Positions 36,416 to 49,086 of a DNA stretch of 64,000 nt are shown here, piece after piece. Positions within the stretch are counted from its first letter, which is position 1, and every line of letters begins with the position of its first letter. Both the position numbers and the translations under genes were made by a program. The notes under the pieces are model-generated. The model had not been told where the DNA came from. It saw only the letters and a list, made by a program, of their open reading frames with translations, and did not search any database. Source of the stretch: Phoronis australis (Eukaryota; Animalia; Phoronida); assembly GCA_002633005.1 (NCBI GenBank), contig NMRA01000336.1, forward strand, positions 205,836 through 269,835, read 5' to 3'.

Positions 36416-38202
36416 GTGATGACACTGTTCCAAATTTTAGACAACTTATTCCCATCGTCTCTCTTCATAACTGAGCCACTTTTTCACCCAAATAGACTCT
36501 CTAGTCCATCTAGATCTCAAGTTATTTTCCCACTCGACAGGATGAGGGTCTTTCCAGTTAATTACGAGGTTAAAAGCAATAGCATGGTCGTCACTATCAA
36601 CAAATGTGCAGTGACCATTTATTAACTTTCAAGTTATATACTTGTCATTTTAACATGTGAATTGATAAATGATTAACGGGTTCACAAAATGATGTCAGTT
36701 ATTCATTTGGTGTAATCAACTTTCATTTCAACTTTCATTTCTGTCAAAAAATTAAGTAGACAGACAGACAGTTTCAGGAGAACAAGTACAGGAAAGACAG
36801 TTTTTTGATTCTCAAACCTAACATGATTATATTTTACATAAGGAGCAGGAAATTCAACATCATTTGATAACTGTTTTAAAGCTTGGGCGACAAGATTTCC
36901 AAGAATATGTAGTTTGCTTGAAAGTTACTGGTTAAATATGGTAAGACAAACAGCTTGAATAACAATGGCCAAGCTAAAATATCGGCCAAGTTAGCTGGAA
37001 TAATATTTGCCAAGCTTGAATGATATTCCTCAGCTTGCACATGAAGACACAATTTCCAGCATGAAAAAAATTAGTAAGTAAGGATTATTCTACTTTGCTG
37101 AATTTAGAGTCCTAGATAACAATAATTTTTATACAACTAATTTGATATATCCGATGCTGTGCATGTAGAGCAGCCAAATTCATTTGATAATCAAGCACAA
37201 TCTCTTTGTAAATCAATGTCCAAAGTTTTAAAAGTGTCAGCAACCAGTGTTTACTCCATGCTGCTTTTGTACGCGTGACATAAGCAACACTAGCAAACAA
37301 AGAAGAAAGACTATTGACTTCACATTGCATCACCAAATTAAAAACCAGGTTCTTGGATATAGTTCTTATCGAGTTGTAAATGATCAGAAACCATATATTG
37401 TTCAATGTCTCATTCTGGACTAACAAGTAAGACCAGTTAAGGCTGGATACACACTGCTATTGCACATTGCTATACATGTTGTTAGTATTAATGAACAATG
37501 GACTTAACATATCTAGATAAACATAAACCACTGTGACAAAGGATACAAAAGAAACATGATCTCCTTCCTAATCAATGTTTCACCTTTCAAGTCTTTGTTT
37601 ATATACTTGTACACCACATAATAGCAAGGGACAAATAAAACAAAGTTAAAAACAGACATTTCTCAAAGGTTTGCTTGGAAGTTTGCATGGAAATCTCAGC
37701 TGGAATTTGATGATTTCTAATCTGCCTCAAGACTAATTTATCCCAGTCTTACAGTGAGCTTAATGTCACTTTAAAAGCTTTACACATCAGAACAGCAAAT
37801 CGCAAATTCATAACAAAGGCAAAATGGATCAAAAACTGCCAGTTGAAGCTGGCAGATAAAGAAGATTGCAAGGCAAGAAAATGCTAATAACATTTCTTAC
37901 ATTAATGTTTTAAGATCTGTTCAGATTACTACAACCTGCCAAACAACCAAGTGGGGCTCTAGCAACTTCTTGGTGACACTAGGGATGATGTCAATCATGT
38001 TTTAAGGTCTTTTGATAAAGAAGTGCAAATCTGTACTAAAATATGGATTACCCTGTGGATTACCTACATAAGTAAAAGTGGCCATGAACCTGCATTACAC
38101 AGAAAACTTTCGATTTCGACTAAAAAGTGTAACTGTTATAATATTGGTCTAACATGTTCCTTACTCAGAAATAACAGTTCGTTATTGATCAAGATAATAT
38201 TT

Positions 38203-41138
38203 GGGAGTCGCTTCCTATAAATGGCGCCTGCACAAAACGTGCGCTTTGTTGCTCTGTAAATTTTCAAAGTTATCTTCACCTTATTGCTTGAAATGGGACG
38301 TCCAAAAAGAGCCACATCATCTCCTGCGCCTGAAGACGGCAAGAAAGTGTCAGAGAATGAACCCGAGTGGTTTTCATCAATAAAAAGCGAGTTAAAAAGG
38401 TCTAATACAGAGATTATGAACGAGCTCGGTCACATAAAAGAATCGTTAAACTTAGCCTTTAACACTGTGGAAGAAGCCTTAGCAAATTCCAAACAGTGTG
38501 TAGAGAAAATTGCTGTGTTGGAGAAAGAAAACAGGTATTTGAAATCCAAAATCATATCTCTCGAAATGCATTCTAGAAGGAACAATCTCGTGTTTGTGAA
38601 GATCCCGCAATCTCAGGATATGTTGTGTGAGAACAGTTTATCTATGGTACTAAAGCAATATATGGGCCTCAACAACATCTCCTTTGAAAGAGTGCACCTG
38701 ATTGGTGATAAAGGTACCATCATTGCTAAGTTTTCGTTCTATAAACAACGGCAACAAGTGCGGATGGAAAAGAGAAAGTTTCAAGGTTCGAAAAATTTTT
38801 GTGAATAAGGACTTCCCACATGAGACTATTGTCAATCGAAAGTGCCTGATACCTTTTCTCAAGTCAGTGAGACCGTGCCCACAGGTAAACAAAGTATGGC
38901 TGAATAGACATCGGTTGATGATTGATGGCAAAACCTATACAGTTGAAAATATGAATGAGATTCCCACCTTCAGTGAATAGTGGCGATCAAGAACTCGAGA
39001 AATATGGCGGGCAGGGCACCAAACCAACTGCTGCTCATAGATTAGTTTTCGCCGCTAAGGTCTTGTAATTAAAAGTTCCAGTATTTGGTCCCGTTTTTTC
39101 TGTGCCCAATCTTTCCAGTTATTAGTTATGAGTCCCTGTTGTCCTCCTGTAATTTCTATTATCTTGAAAGGTGAAGATATATAATAACATGTCCTTTATC
39201 GGATGCCTAATTTCTTTCATTTTCGTTTTGTTTATCTTTCCTTTTTCCAGATCTTCGTGTTTTTTGAATATTTTGTTTCTAGCCTTTGTAGCGCAAGCAC
39301 CATGATATCGTTTGCTGTTCGATTGGTGTTGTTTCATTGCATGGGTTTTATACCTGTTGAACACTTAGTGTCAATATGTTTCACAGAATGTTTCATCAGA
39401 AGAATTTATCATTTATATTGGTTTAGGGTTCTTGCGGTTTCGGTTGTTTTTGGGATGTTTAGAACACACAATGTGATTCATTTTGTACAAAATGAGCAAC
39501 CTTGTATGGTTGAGTTTAGAAGTGCCTCAATTATCTTTTTATTGCGAACAATTTAGAAATTGCATCTTTTAACTGTAGAGGTCTAGGAACTCTGTCAAAA
39601 AGACGAGATGTTTTCCATTACATAAGGCAGCGTGCTTACAGTATTTTCTGCCTACAAGATACTCAACGCAACACCTCTCGGCAAGGTGAGGTCAACCGTA
39701 TAAGAGGCGATGTGGATATAGACCAATTAAGACGGTAAAAACGGATAATTAAATCGGGTGGCATTCTCCTTTAATTCATCTGGATGGTGGCAACACTGGG
39801 ATCAGGATAGGTGTTTCTGAGTTTAAATTGATCCAGTGCGCTGACGACACTTGTTTAACTTTGGATGGTTCTGAGTTATCCCTTAGATGATCTTTGAATT
39901 TAATTGACCAATTTGCGAAATTTTCTGGTTAATGAAGCCAAACATCGAGAAAACAAGATGTGTTTGGACTGGTTCGAAAAACTTTGTGTCAATGAGAACC
40001 TGTTATGGACCAACAAACTTTTCATGTTTTTGGGAATCAACTTCTCCACTGATTATAATGCAATGCCTTGTATTAACTATAGTTGCAGGCTTTTGGAAAT
40101 TAAGAAAATGGTGAGCTCTTGGCCAAGACGAATTCTTACTGTTTTAGGTAAAATAACTGTGGTTAAGACACTTTTATTGCCCAAGATTATCCATTATCCC
40201 TAGCCCCTCCATTGAGATTATTCAAGAATTAGAGCAAGTTTTCTTTGGCTTCATTTGGAATGGGAAAAATGAAAGAGTTAGCCGAAATGAAATTGTACAA
40301 AATGGGGGTTAAAAAATGGTTTGTTTTTTTATTAAGTCTTTGAAAATATCGTGGGTCCGTAAACTATTGATCTCAAATACCATATGTGGCCTTGCAGAGG
40401 CAGTTTTGGGTTGTAATGTTGATAACTTTTTTAAAATGGGAGACGCTTTCCTTAAAAAAATAGCTGAAGCAACCGACAATCTGTTCTGGAAGGGGTAAAT
40501 ATTTATGACACATTAGTACAGTCACTTCAGACAGCTTGTAAGTATAAAAACAAGTGGTCATCTGAGATAGATATAAACGGTGTTATAAATAATGTAAATT
40601 TTAGTGACTCTGATACATGGTGGAGAAAAGTAAATAAACTCCCCTTCAATAGTACAAAAGATACAAAATTGCGTTGGTTTCAATACCGCTTAATTCACAG
40701 AATATTACCAACTAATAATTATTTACATAAAATTAAAATAAAAACAAGTGATCTATGCTCTTTCTGTGGTGAACACAGTGAAACTTTTCTCCATCTCTTT
40801 TGGGAATGTCGTCTCCGGTTTCTGGCTCCTGTTTGTTGAGTGGTTAAAACAAACATTTCATGTAAATTTTCATGTGGACGCGATAGCAGTGTTTTTTGTT
40901 TTTTTGGGAAACATTCAGTCAGAAAATTGTAAGATTAATCTGATGATCATGCTAGCAAAAAATTACAAATTTAGCCAAAAGTTTGTTACAAAAATCTCAA
41001 TTTCCAATTATTCATCAACTTTATTAAATTACATCCTGAAGGAAATACAATACTTGTTGACTAATGTTTTAATGTTATTCTTTGTAAACGATGTATACTT
41101 TATTGTTTTATGTGACATGTAATTATCATGAAAAAAAA
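38203..41138 (+). mobile_element. L1/Tx1-clade LINE, 5'-intact but internally deleted and degenerate, with poly(A) tail and TSD
   Basis: ORF1 from 38293 (coiled coil, LEMHSRRNNLVF, FERVH). ORF2 APE start IASFNCRGLG..FCLQDT (~39553-39663), RT QCADDTCL, KITVVKTLLLPK, zf-RVT LCSFCGEHSETFLHLFWEC. A8 tail. TSD AAGATAATATTTGGG at 38191 and 41137. Confidence 0.92.
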
Positions 41139-42474
41139 GATAATATTTGGGGAGTAAAACAGCAAGTGATGACAAGTCATCTTGTATTTAAAGCCTGCCT
41201 TGATTTTGGGGTTGAATATTGACCCTAGTCCCCATGAAAAATGTTACGATAACCCAAAAATTTCCCTCAAGGTAAGAATCACTTCTGCAAAAATGTTAGT
41301 TATGGCTTGGTACCCCCAAGGCTTTGCTCCAATGAGAGTTAGCCACCAGGAGGGGGTTGAGGTAAACTTTAGCCTCAGCCAAAAAAATTACACTCTCTGA
41401 AACCAATGTAGATGCACCTTTCCTCTCAAAAAATTGAGATACCTGGGGTAATACAATTAATATATACATTCCGGCTGCATGAAACAAACCTGGATCAAGC
41501 TCAAAACAGCACTCGAGGCTATTCAAACATGTTAACAACATGCTTGAATACTCATGATCAGGGAGAGTCCGACAGGTGCTGAACACATGTATAGGGACTG
41601 ATACGTCAGTGTTGGAAAAGAGAAGGTCTCTGCATCAGGGATTATTATATGCTATCTCCAGCAACACTCCAACAAGTGACTCACCAATGTACTCCGCGTA
41701 AGTTATGATAATATATTAGGTTCACATGGGTGCTTAAATGTTAGCAAAAACACTGCCATTTTTATTATAGACAAGGTGACTCCGACAACCAAATGGGCAT
41801 GAAGGGGAAATTTTCGGCAGCAGTTAGTTTCCTTACCACCCAAGTTGCATTTAAATGAAATTGATGTCAAAACAATGCACTCTGCGCCAGAAAATGATTC
41901 GTGTGACGATAGAACAAACACCCACTGCATTGAAGGTCTTGCTACAAAGAGTTAGCGAAAACGCCAATACTCAAACCTCCAACAAAGCGTCAGTAAAAGT
42001 GACCCAAGCGTTTTAGCCAGCATATGAACCGGGTATTACCGGCTAGACACCTCCGCATATGTAAATTGTTTTTTACACGTACAGACAGTTACGACTGATT
42101 ACTATCAGATTGCGTTTCTAATGCCATGCCATACTATATGGGTGCACCGCTAGTAAATACCAACCTGTACTGGGTCTGCTGCAATAAAATGAAAACAAAC
42201 AGGCATCTGATAGCGTAGAAATTGGGTTCTTCAGAAAAATGTTGTTCTGTTAACACAATTAAATCGTAAACGTTAAGATCAATGCAACTTTTACAATAAA
42301 ACTTACCAGTTGTTAACCGCACTAATGCACGCTGAAAAGCCCGCTGTTTAAATGTAAATATTGGTGTCCCAGGTCAATAATGCCGTTACTTAACTAGCAT
42401 ATGATCAATAGTCGGTAACGGTGAAGACGAGAGTAACCAACCGAAAATACGCATGGTACAAAGGAGGAAAGGGA

Positions 42475-42746
42475 CCGGGAGTCACTCATATTGACAAGGT
42501 GCCCCCAAAAGTGTACCGAAAATTTCTGAGGAACCCCCTATTGCGGGTGCCAGGTCTGCCAATTCCCACCCTGACTGAGGGTAGATTTTTGCTACCTAAC
42601 CCCCACGAAAGTAATGGAAATTCATAGGGACCAATATTAGATCCCACGCGGGTCCCGCTAAACTTGTTGAAAAAGTACCGCCTACCCGCAATTTTTCAGT
42701 GGTACACGCCTGCGGTCACCTTGTCAATATGAGTTACCCCCACCGG
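42475..42746. mobile_element. MITE with ~27-bp TIRs
   Basis: CCGGGAGTCACTCATATTGACAAGGTG ... CACCTTGTCAATATGAGTTACCCCCACCGG. Confidence 0.8.
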
Positions 42747-45700
42747 AAAAGGGGTCCATTCCCAATCCTCCGACTCCCATTGTAAAGATAGAACACCACT
42801 AATACTTTTAGCTGTTGAGTTTTTATTCAATTAAAACACATTTTTAATTTGTATTTGGCCATCTAATTAGTTTAAAGCTTCATTTCTCTCAATTTAGCTG
42901 GCTAAAAAACGAAAATCGAATTGGGCGTTTTACTGTAATCAGTTCGGTTTCACCGATATTCCTTATCACCGGCGATAGGATTCCATTTCCAACCAAAGAG
43001 GGCGAGATTTAGTTTCACTTTTTAAACACTGACTGGCGAATTATGACATCTCTTGTGTATCACCAGTATAAGGATTTACCAATTATCACAAGTGTCTTCT
43101 TGTATCGTAATACACATCCTTGACGAATTGAAGACGGACAATAAAAGGCATTGAATAAGCCTCTTAACAAAAAAACAAAGATGCAAAGCAAGACCTTACA
43201 CCTCTTAGCACAAAAGCTCATTCTGTCAATTCTTTCAATGCTATTGAATTTAAAAAGGATAACTTTCAACACAGCCTAACGTTCTGTAGTGGATGAAGAG
43301 TGTTTTGTTGCGTGTTTGCCGTTTTCACGAAAGATGAGGACGCAAACCCTATTAACAACCACTCAAAAAGTCAGTGTACCTTTTTCGCACCTAATATCCA
43401 GCAGGAAATTCTTGGCAATTTGGTGCATTTCTTATGAACTCGTACCTTGCGATAACTGAACACAGTTTTGCGAGTCCCCGGTTCAGTTTCAAAAACATGA
43501 CTTAAAATTTGAAGTGTTTAGATGAATGTTTATGGTGCCTTTTAGTGGATCCCATTGTTACAAAGATTACTTGAGCCTCAATATAAATGCTTGGAAAATT
43601 TCTCTACCTGAGTGATCCACTGATTGAAAACACTTTTGTTAATGGGACATTTTCTGTGTAGGCTAACTCATATACTTACTAATAGACTGAAGCAGGTTCA
43701 TCAAAGACACGGCCCATCAAAAATTGTAATAAGCAATTTGTATCGTGCTAAGGGAAACTTGGAGACACCTTTGGGAGAGTTTATTTCGTGAGATGCAGTT
43801 TAAGTCATAATAGGGAATTAAGTGCACCTGGTGTTAACATGCAAAACGAAAGTCATCTTTCTAGAACAGTGCACCACTACTTAACCGCCCAAGATTTGTG
43901 GCTTTCGTTTTCTGACGGTGTCCTCTCACCATAATACAAAAATTCCTGCGAAATTATAAGATTTTTTTTACTAAATCCATGCGTGCATGAATTGTGTCTA
44001 TTTTCTTGAATTTCATGGAAATTAGGAGCAAAAACAGATTGCACATTTTATTGTGTGAGTAGGTGCTGGAAGTGAGGACCAGGCTTACTGCCCTCCAGCT
44101 TTCAGATCATAAAGTTTTGCCGAAACTTACACTTTTTAAGTTCACAGTTAAATGGTGAAGTTGGTTTTAGTGTTGGGGGCTTGTTTTTGTTTGCATCAGT
44201 CGCTGCCGAAATGGTTCTCTTAGTTAGTGGATCTTGAGCTGTAGGAGTTTAAAAAGGTTTTAATGAGTACTTCGACCTGACAATTCTATTTTGACTTTTT
44301 CCACCTCATCTAAATGTAAACTTTCTAAATATAAAAAGTCCCCACGATTACAGTTGCCACATTTTCGTGCAATTTGGCAGCCCATTTGTTGAACTAAAAA
44401 TGAGAAAATGTTGAAAATTATAGATTGTGTACAATGCCTCATTACTGATGAGAACTGCACTGCCACCTTTTGACACTGTCACTCATATTAAACGAGCAAA
44501 ATAGGTCTGGCGCACTGCTACAGTGGTAGGATATGTAACCGTAGGACCGTTTTGATGTTAATACTACAAAAGTGATCGATTTAGGTTTGCATGGTGCTTG
44601 AAACAGACAAGTATGAGCAGGGGGGTAATATTTTGCTTACAAGCAGAATGATAAAATAGGTAAATAGGAAGAAAAAATTAGTGTAGGACAGTATCTTACC
44701 TAAATTCTGGGTTAGTTTTCGTCAGGCAACGTTTACCAGAGATACTCACTCTGAATCACAAACAGAGCTAAAGAAAGGTAGCAATTAGCAATTGAACAGG
44801 CAAATTCTGCCCCCCCCCCCGCCATTTAAAATCAACAATAGCGCTTTTGGTGAAATATTTTATTACTATCACGCGCAAAATTATGTTATTCCGTGTTTAT
44901 TGTGACAATAAGAGAGATCAAAATTGAACATCGACCAACATTTACTAGATAACTGGACTTTTAATTTGTACCCTTAAATTAATCACGTTTACTCAATAAC
45001 AGAGTTCCAGTATTTCAATAGTATACAAAGATGTAATGAAAATCGTTTGTGAAGTTGTCTTTGGAAGTTCATGTAGCATAGGCACTTTTCATTTATTTAT
45101 CGTGTTGTACATGGCAAAATGTGTTTTCGGTGATAATAATTAGTGGTAACGCAATGTGTTTTTAAACTTCATCTGGGAATAAAATGTACATCACCACAAC
45201 TCTGTTTGTGGCTTGATAGAGACTGGTGTTGTTCCACCAGAAATAGAGTTGATAATACCTGTCGTACCAGCCGCTATTGTTCTGTAAATTACGTTGGAAA
45301 GAAATTTCGATCGGTCAGCTTCATGAGCTTAGGCAGTTCTCAGTCTGAGATTGGTAATAGATCTTCAGGAAATTTGCTTTCGTCTAAGTTTACTTAAGAA
45401 GCGCGCGTCTGCAGAGAAGTAGCGATTTTCGGGGGGGGGGGGCGTTGTCGGGTTCGTAGGATTTTTTGGCACATTTTTTTTCCTAGCCTGGTATTTATTC
45501 ACAGGAACTGAGTACGCCAGAGCCAAATTACTGTGGTCATGAGTAGCGATTTTGATGTGAAATGACACACAATTTTTCTCGCAGATTCAACGGTCGTGAA
45601 AATGTCAAACGTACGGGACGCGGCCTCTGGCTTCGAGATGGCCATTCAGTTGTAAGCTATCCAACATTTTTACTTCGTAAACTGGTCGAGCATTTTGCCA

Positions 45701-46244
45701 ACATCAGTTTTGAGTTTTTAAAAGAATGAGCGCAATGGTGTTCTTGTGTTGTTTTAACCCTGGCAATTTCCTGTTTGTTTTTTTTTTCATCTACCAATTT
45801 TCTTGGTGTATCTTCACGAAATTTTATAGATTGAATTCAGAACTGTCTCTTTACAGAGTGGGATGCTTTTTCATATCTTTTGCGTTGCTTACTAGTCTAG
45901 TTGCCAAAAAAGTTGACCCTGTAGTGTTGTTTACTCAAAAGTTTTCTTTTGGAAATTTATTGGTTAGGAGAATAAAATTAAATTGGTTGCACTTTGTGCA
46001 ACTTGGAGCATTTTTTATAATTCAAGATGGCGGCCCTCCATTTGGCGAAGTGGACAAAAAGGTCTGCTTCAAAACAGCCAAAAAGTCCGAGAAAATGAGA
46101 CAAAAGTCCACTAAAAAGACGCGAATGCACAATTCACAGCCCTGAACATGATATCCCGCTTTTTAGTCCCATGTTTGCAAAAGGTCCACATTGCCAAAAA
46201 TTCGAGCTACCATATTTTAGGCTGGGTGCGCGCACGTATTAGTG

Positions 46245-48100
46245 TGTCAGACGATTGACGGTGGGTTTGTTTAAAAGGTAGTTATGGTTTGAGATTGTGC
46301 GTAGATGGAGAGTGAATAATCAAATCCAGTAATTAATTTATTATATGTGTAACGGGAATCGGTGGAGCGACCAGCACCGATCTACTTAGTTTCTAAAATG
46401 TCGACTGTTCGTAGCCGATAAAAATATTTGCAGCGTTGTATACTTTTTCACTCGTTCGAATCTCATACGAGAGAACCATGGTGACAACTTATAGAGAGTG
46501 AAACAAGAGCGAAGAAGATCAATATACTGAGTTTTATTATGCAATAAATATGGAACACAAATCTACAAACTTACAACTCATCGCTAACTTCCGTCGGCAT
46601 CGCAGCTTTAACTTATAACCCAAAGAATTTATAAACAAGAAGAATTTGCTAAAAATGTCAAAGTCCAAATTTAAAAGGCCCAAACAGTTAGTTTGCTTGG
46701 TTGGGATTCCTTGCGGATAGAGTCGAGACCCGGCAGAATCCGAAGTTTTAGCGGGAGGGGCCCATTTTTATAGGCTTATTCGCACCGCGAATGGCCAAAT
46801 TACGCTAAAACAGGGGTTTCAAGATAAATGTGTAAACTAATCAGAATAGAACTAAAAATTTCGTCATCGGAAGTTCTATATAAAGAATTGACCATCTTAC
46901 ACCCCTTTAAAATTTAACACACTCTAGCTTCTGGAACTAAACTGGCGACTCGTCCTCACTCACGACTCCATCAATAGATGGCGCTCCCGTCACATATGAA
47001 AACCCCTAATTAGACAAGTGAAACCTATTGATAATTAAGTAATCAACTACAATCGTAGAGTAACTATGCTAGCGCCCTCTTTAAAGATTACTTTAATCAA
47101 TCAACCAAAATAATCAAATGTCTTATCTGCCATCCAAGCTAGGACTCTCCACTTGTTGGATGTCTGTCTTGGTGAGTGGTCACCGTCTCTGGTGATGCAA
47201 CACTTGCAGGCAATTTCTTCTACCCGCGATTCTTCTTGCTGGTCACAGTCTCTGGCTGGTGACGCAACACTTCAGGTAGTATAATCTTACTACCCAGGAT
47301 GCAAGTGACAGCAAGCTCTTAGTTAACTTCCTGTTCGTTTAAGTAACCCTTGCCCTTGCCAAGATCCTTTCTAGAATCTTCCACGAGATGGCTCTGACGT
47401 AAAATTTCCTCTGGACACTGTAGCAAGTCTTTATGCTTCAACTACTATAGCGCATCTAAATATCTTGTTGACTTAAGCTCATATTATAATATTCTACTTA
47501 TTTAATGATTGGTTAATAAAAACCACATGATCATATCCAATCATATCATTGGCTGTTACAGTTTGAGTACTTTGACCCCAGAACTCAAAGTTGTAAACAC
47601 CATTTAAAAATAGATTTTGACGTTAAAGTACATGTGAACAAGTCTGACCTCATGATTTAAAAGTACATATGCACAAATTTTGAGCAACTCAAAATGGATC
47701 TATTCTTCACTAATTACTTAATCAATATTTATTCTGACAAATAAGCCCCTCTTCAAGAAAATACTTCTTAAGATTTTCTCAACATGGAAAACCTAAATAT
47801 TGATTAACATTTAGATCTATTACCCAATTTCCATGAATCTTCAGTACTCTAACCTACTCAGATAATTGCCACCAACATTTTCTGAGCCTTTAATAGCTTC
47901 AACCTTAAATCGATAGTTTTGCAAAAACAAGGCCCACCTCATGATGCGTCCATTGACTAACTTACTTTTTTGAATGTAAGCCAGGGGTTGATGGTCAGAA
48001 TGGATGATAAATTCTTTACCATACAAGTACTTTTCAAATTTTCTGATGGCAAATACAATAGCACCAGCATTAAACTGCTGAGCGTATGAGCATATCCATG
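46245..48100 (-). mobile_element. 3' remnant of a Gmr1-like Gypsy element: pol RNase H C-terminus, polypurine tract, 3' LTR (hosting the solo LTR)
   Basis: AIVFAIRKFEKYLYGKEFIIHSDHQPL..RIMRWALFLQNYRFKVEAIKGSENVGGNYLSR then stop (47841). PPT TTCTTGAAGAGGGG precedes TGTCAG at 47739. Possible LTR end CTGACA at 46245 (less certain). Confidence 0.75.
46348..46994. mobile_element. Solo LTR (647 bp) with 4-bp TSD TATG
   Basis: tatg|TGTAACGGGA ... TCCCGTCACA|tatg: TG..CA termini, terminal inverted repeat and a perfect TSD. Confidence 0.85.
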
Positions 48101-48239
48101 CCATATGCTTTCTCTGTTGTGTCAATACAACCCTCATGAAACTTGTTAGCAAAATTTATGGCCCACTATAGTACATGTATGTAATAGTGAACATTTCGAA
48201 AATATATCTTGAAGCAGTTAACGAAGAAAATGAAAATGA

Positions 48240-48600
48240 GATAAAAACTAAATGTAAGAAGGCTGCTAAGCAGTTTTGACCTTTGACCTTTGGTTTGACC
48301 TTGAAAATGACCCCGTATTAATGAAATAACACCAGAAATGGATTCCCCATCACAGAAAATGGTATAAACATTGTAAAACAAGACCCTGTTTGTCATCAAG
48401 TTGAAAAAACCAAAGTGGGTCGAAATGCAAAATGGCGGAATCTGCCGTCTTGAATTGCAAAAAAATGCTCTCAAAGTTGCACTAAGTGCAGCCAAGCTAA
48501 TTTTGTTCTCGTGATCATATTTAATCTATTTCAACAACAAATTTACAGTAATCAACATTGCAGGGTTCACTATATGGGAGCTATTGGGTTGGCAACTAGA
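48240..48600. repeat. Non-autonomous repeat fragment (TTTGACCTT modules, CAAAATGGCGG)
   Basis: Same motif vocabulary as the other HINE-like or DNA-transposon relics in the window. Confidence 0.35.
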
Positions 48601-48869
48601 TTATATATGCTGTTAAAATCAGTGTTCTTGAAGATTTTACATCTTGCTCGAGCTTCTGATGCATTCTGAATTGTCATCGTTTTCGTGTTAAATGCTACAA
48701 GTTAAACAAGACTTTGTTTTTTGTATCAACCACAGGCGTCCTCAGCTTCTGATCGTCCACAATACACTATTATTACTACAAGGTATGACACTCCCAATTA
48801 GAAATTCCACGGGTGCTTCACTTCAGCCGTCCATAGCAAACACAAAACTCAATAAATTTACACAAAACA

Positions 48870-49086
48870 GAAGTTCAGCAAACCATGAGGAATTGTTCTT
48901 TCTCCCAACGCCATTCACGGTGTCCTGCTTCACCCAGTTTGCAAGAAATTTCTGGTCAAAGCACAAAAATCTTCCCAAAAAGCCACACGGGTGTGGCACT
49001 GTCCCTCCATTTGGGAGAACGTTTTGAAACATGGGGTAAGCCAAACAGGCGGATAACACGCAAACGAACATAAGTACAGTCTTCAC
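48870..49086 (-). pseudogene. Temptin-like (temptin / DBH-like monooxygenase N-terminal domain) first coding exon, apparently decayed
   Basis: (V)KTVLMFVCVLSACLA|YPMFQNVLPNGGTVPHPC: signal peptide plus YP..Q..(I/L)PNG..VP.PC, as in Aplysia temptin (recalled as YPQYQAVIPNGSSVPNPC). The expected ATG is GTG. The GVGH/NxFG motifs are scattered over frames. Upstream acceptor tctccag| at 49132. Confidence 0.6.

Noticed and set aside
39122-39556. Hydrophobic 117-aa ORF resembling a membrane protein
   Set aside because: T-rich inter-ORF spacer of the LINE; composition artefact.
45726-46145. 139-aa F/L-rich ORF
   Set aside because: Low-complexity, repeat-derived sequence (CAAGATGGCGG motif); no recognisable domain or splice structure.
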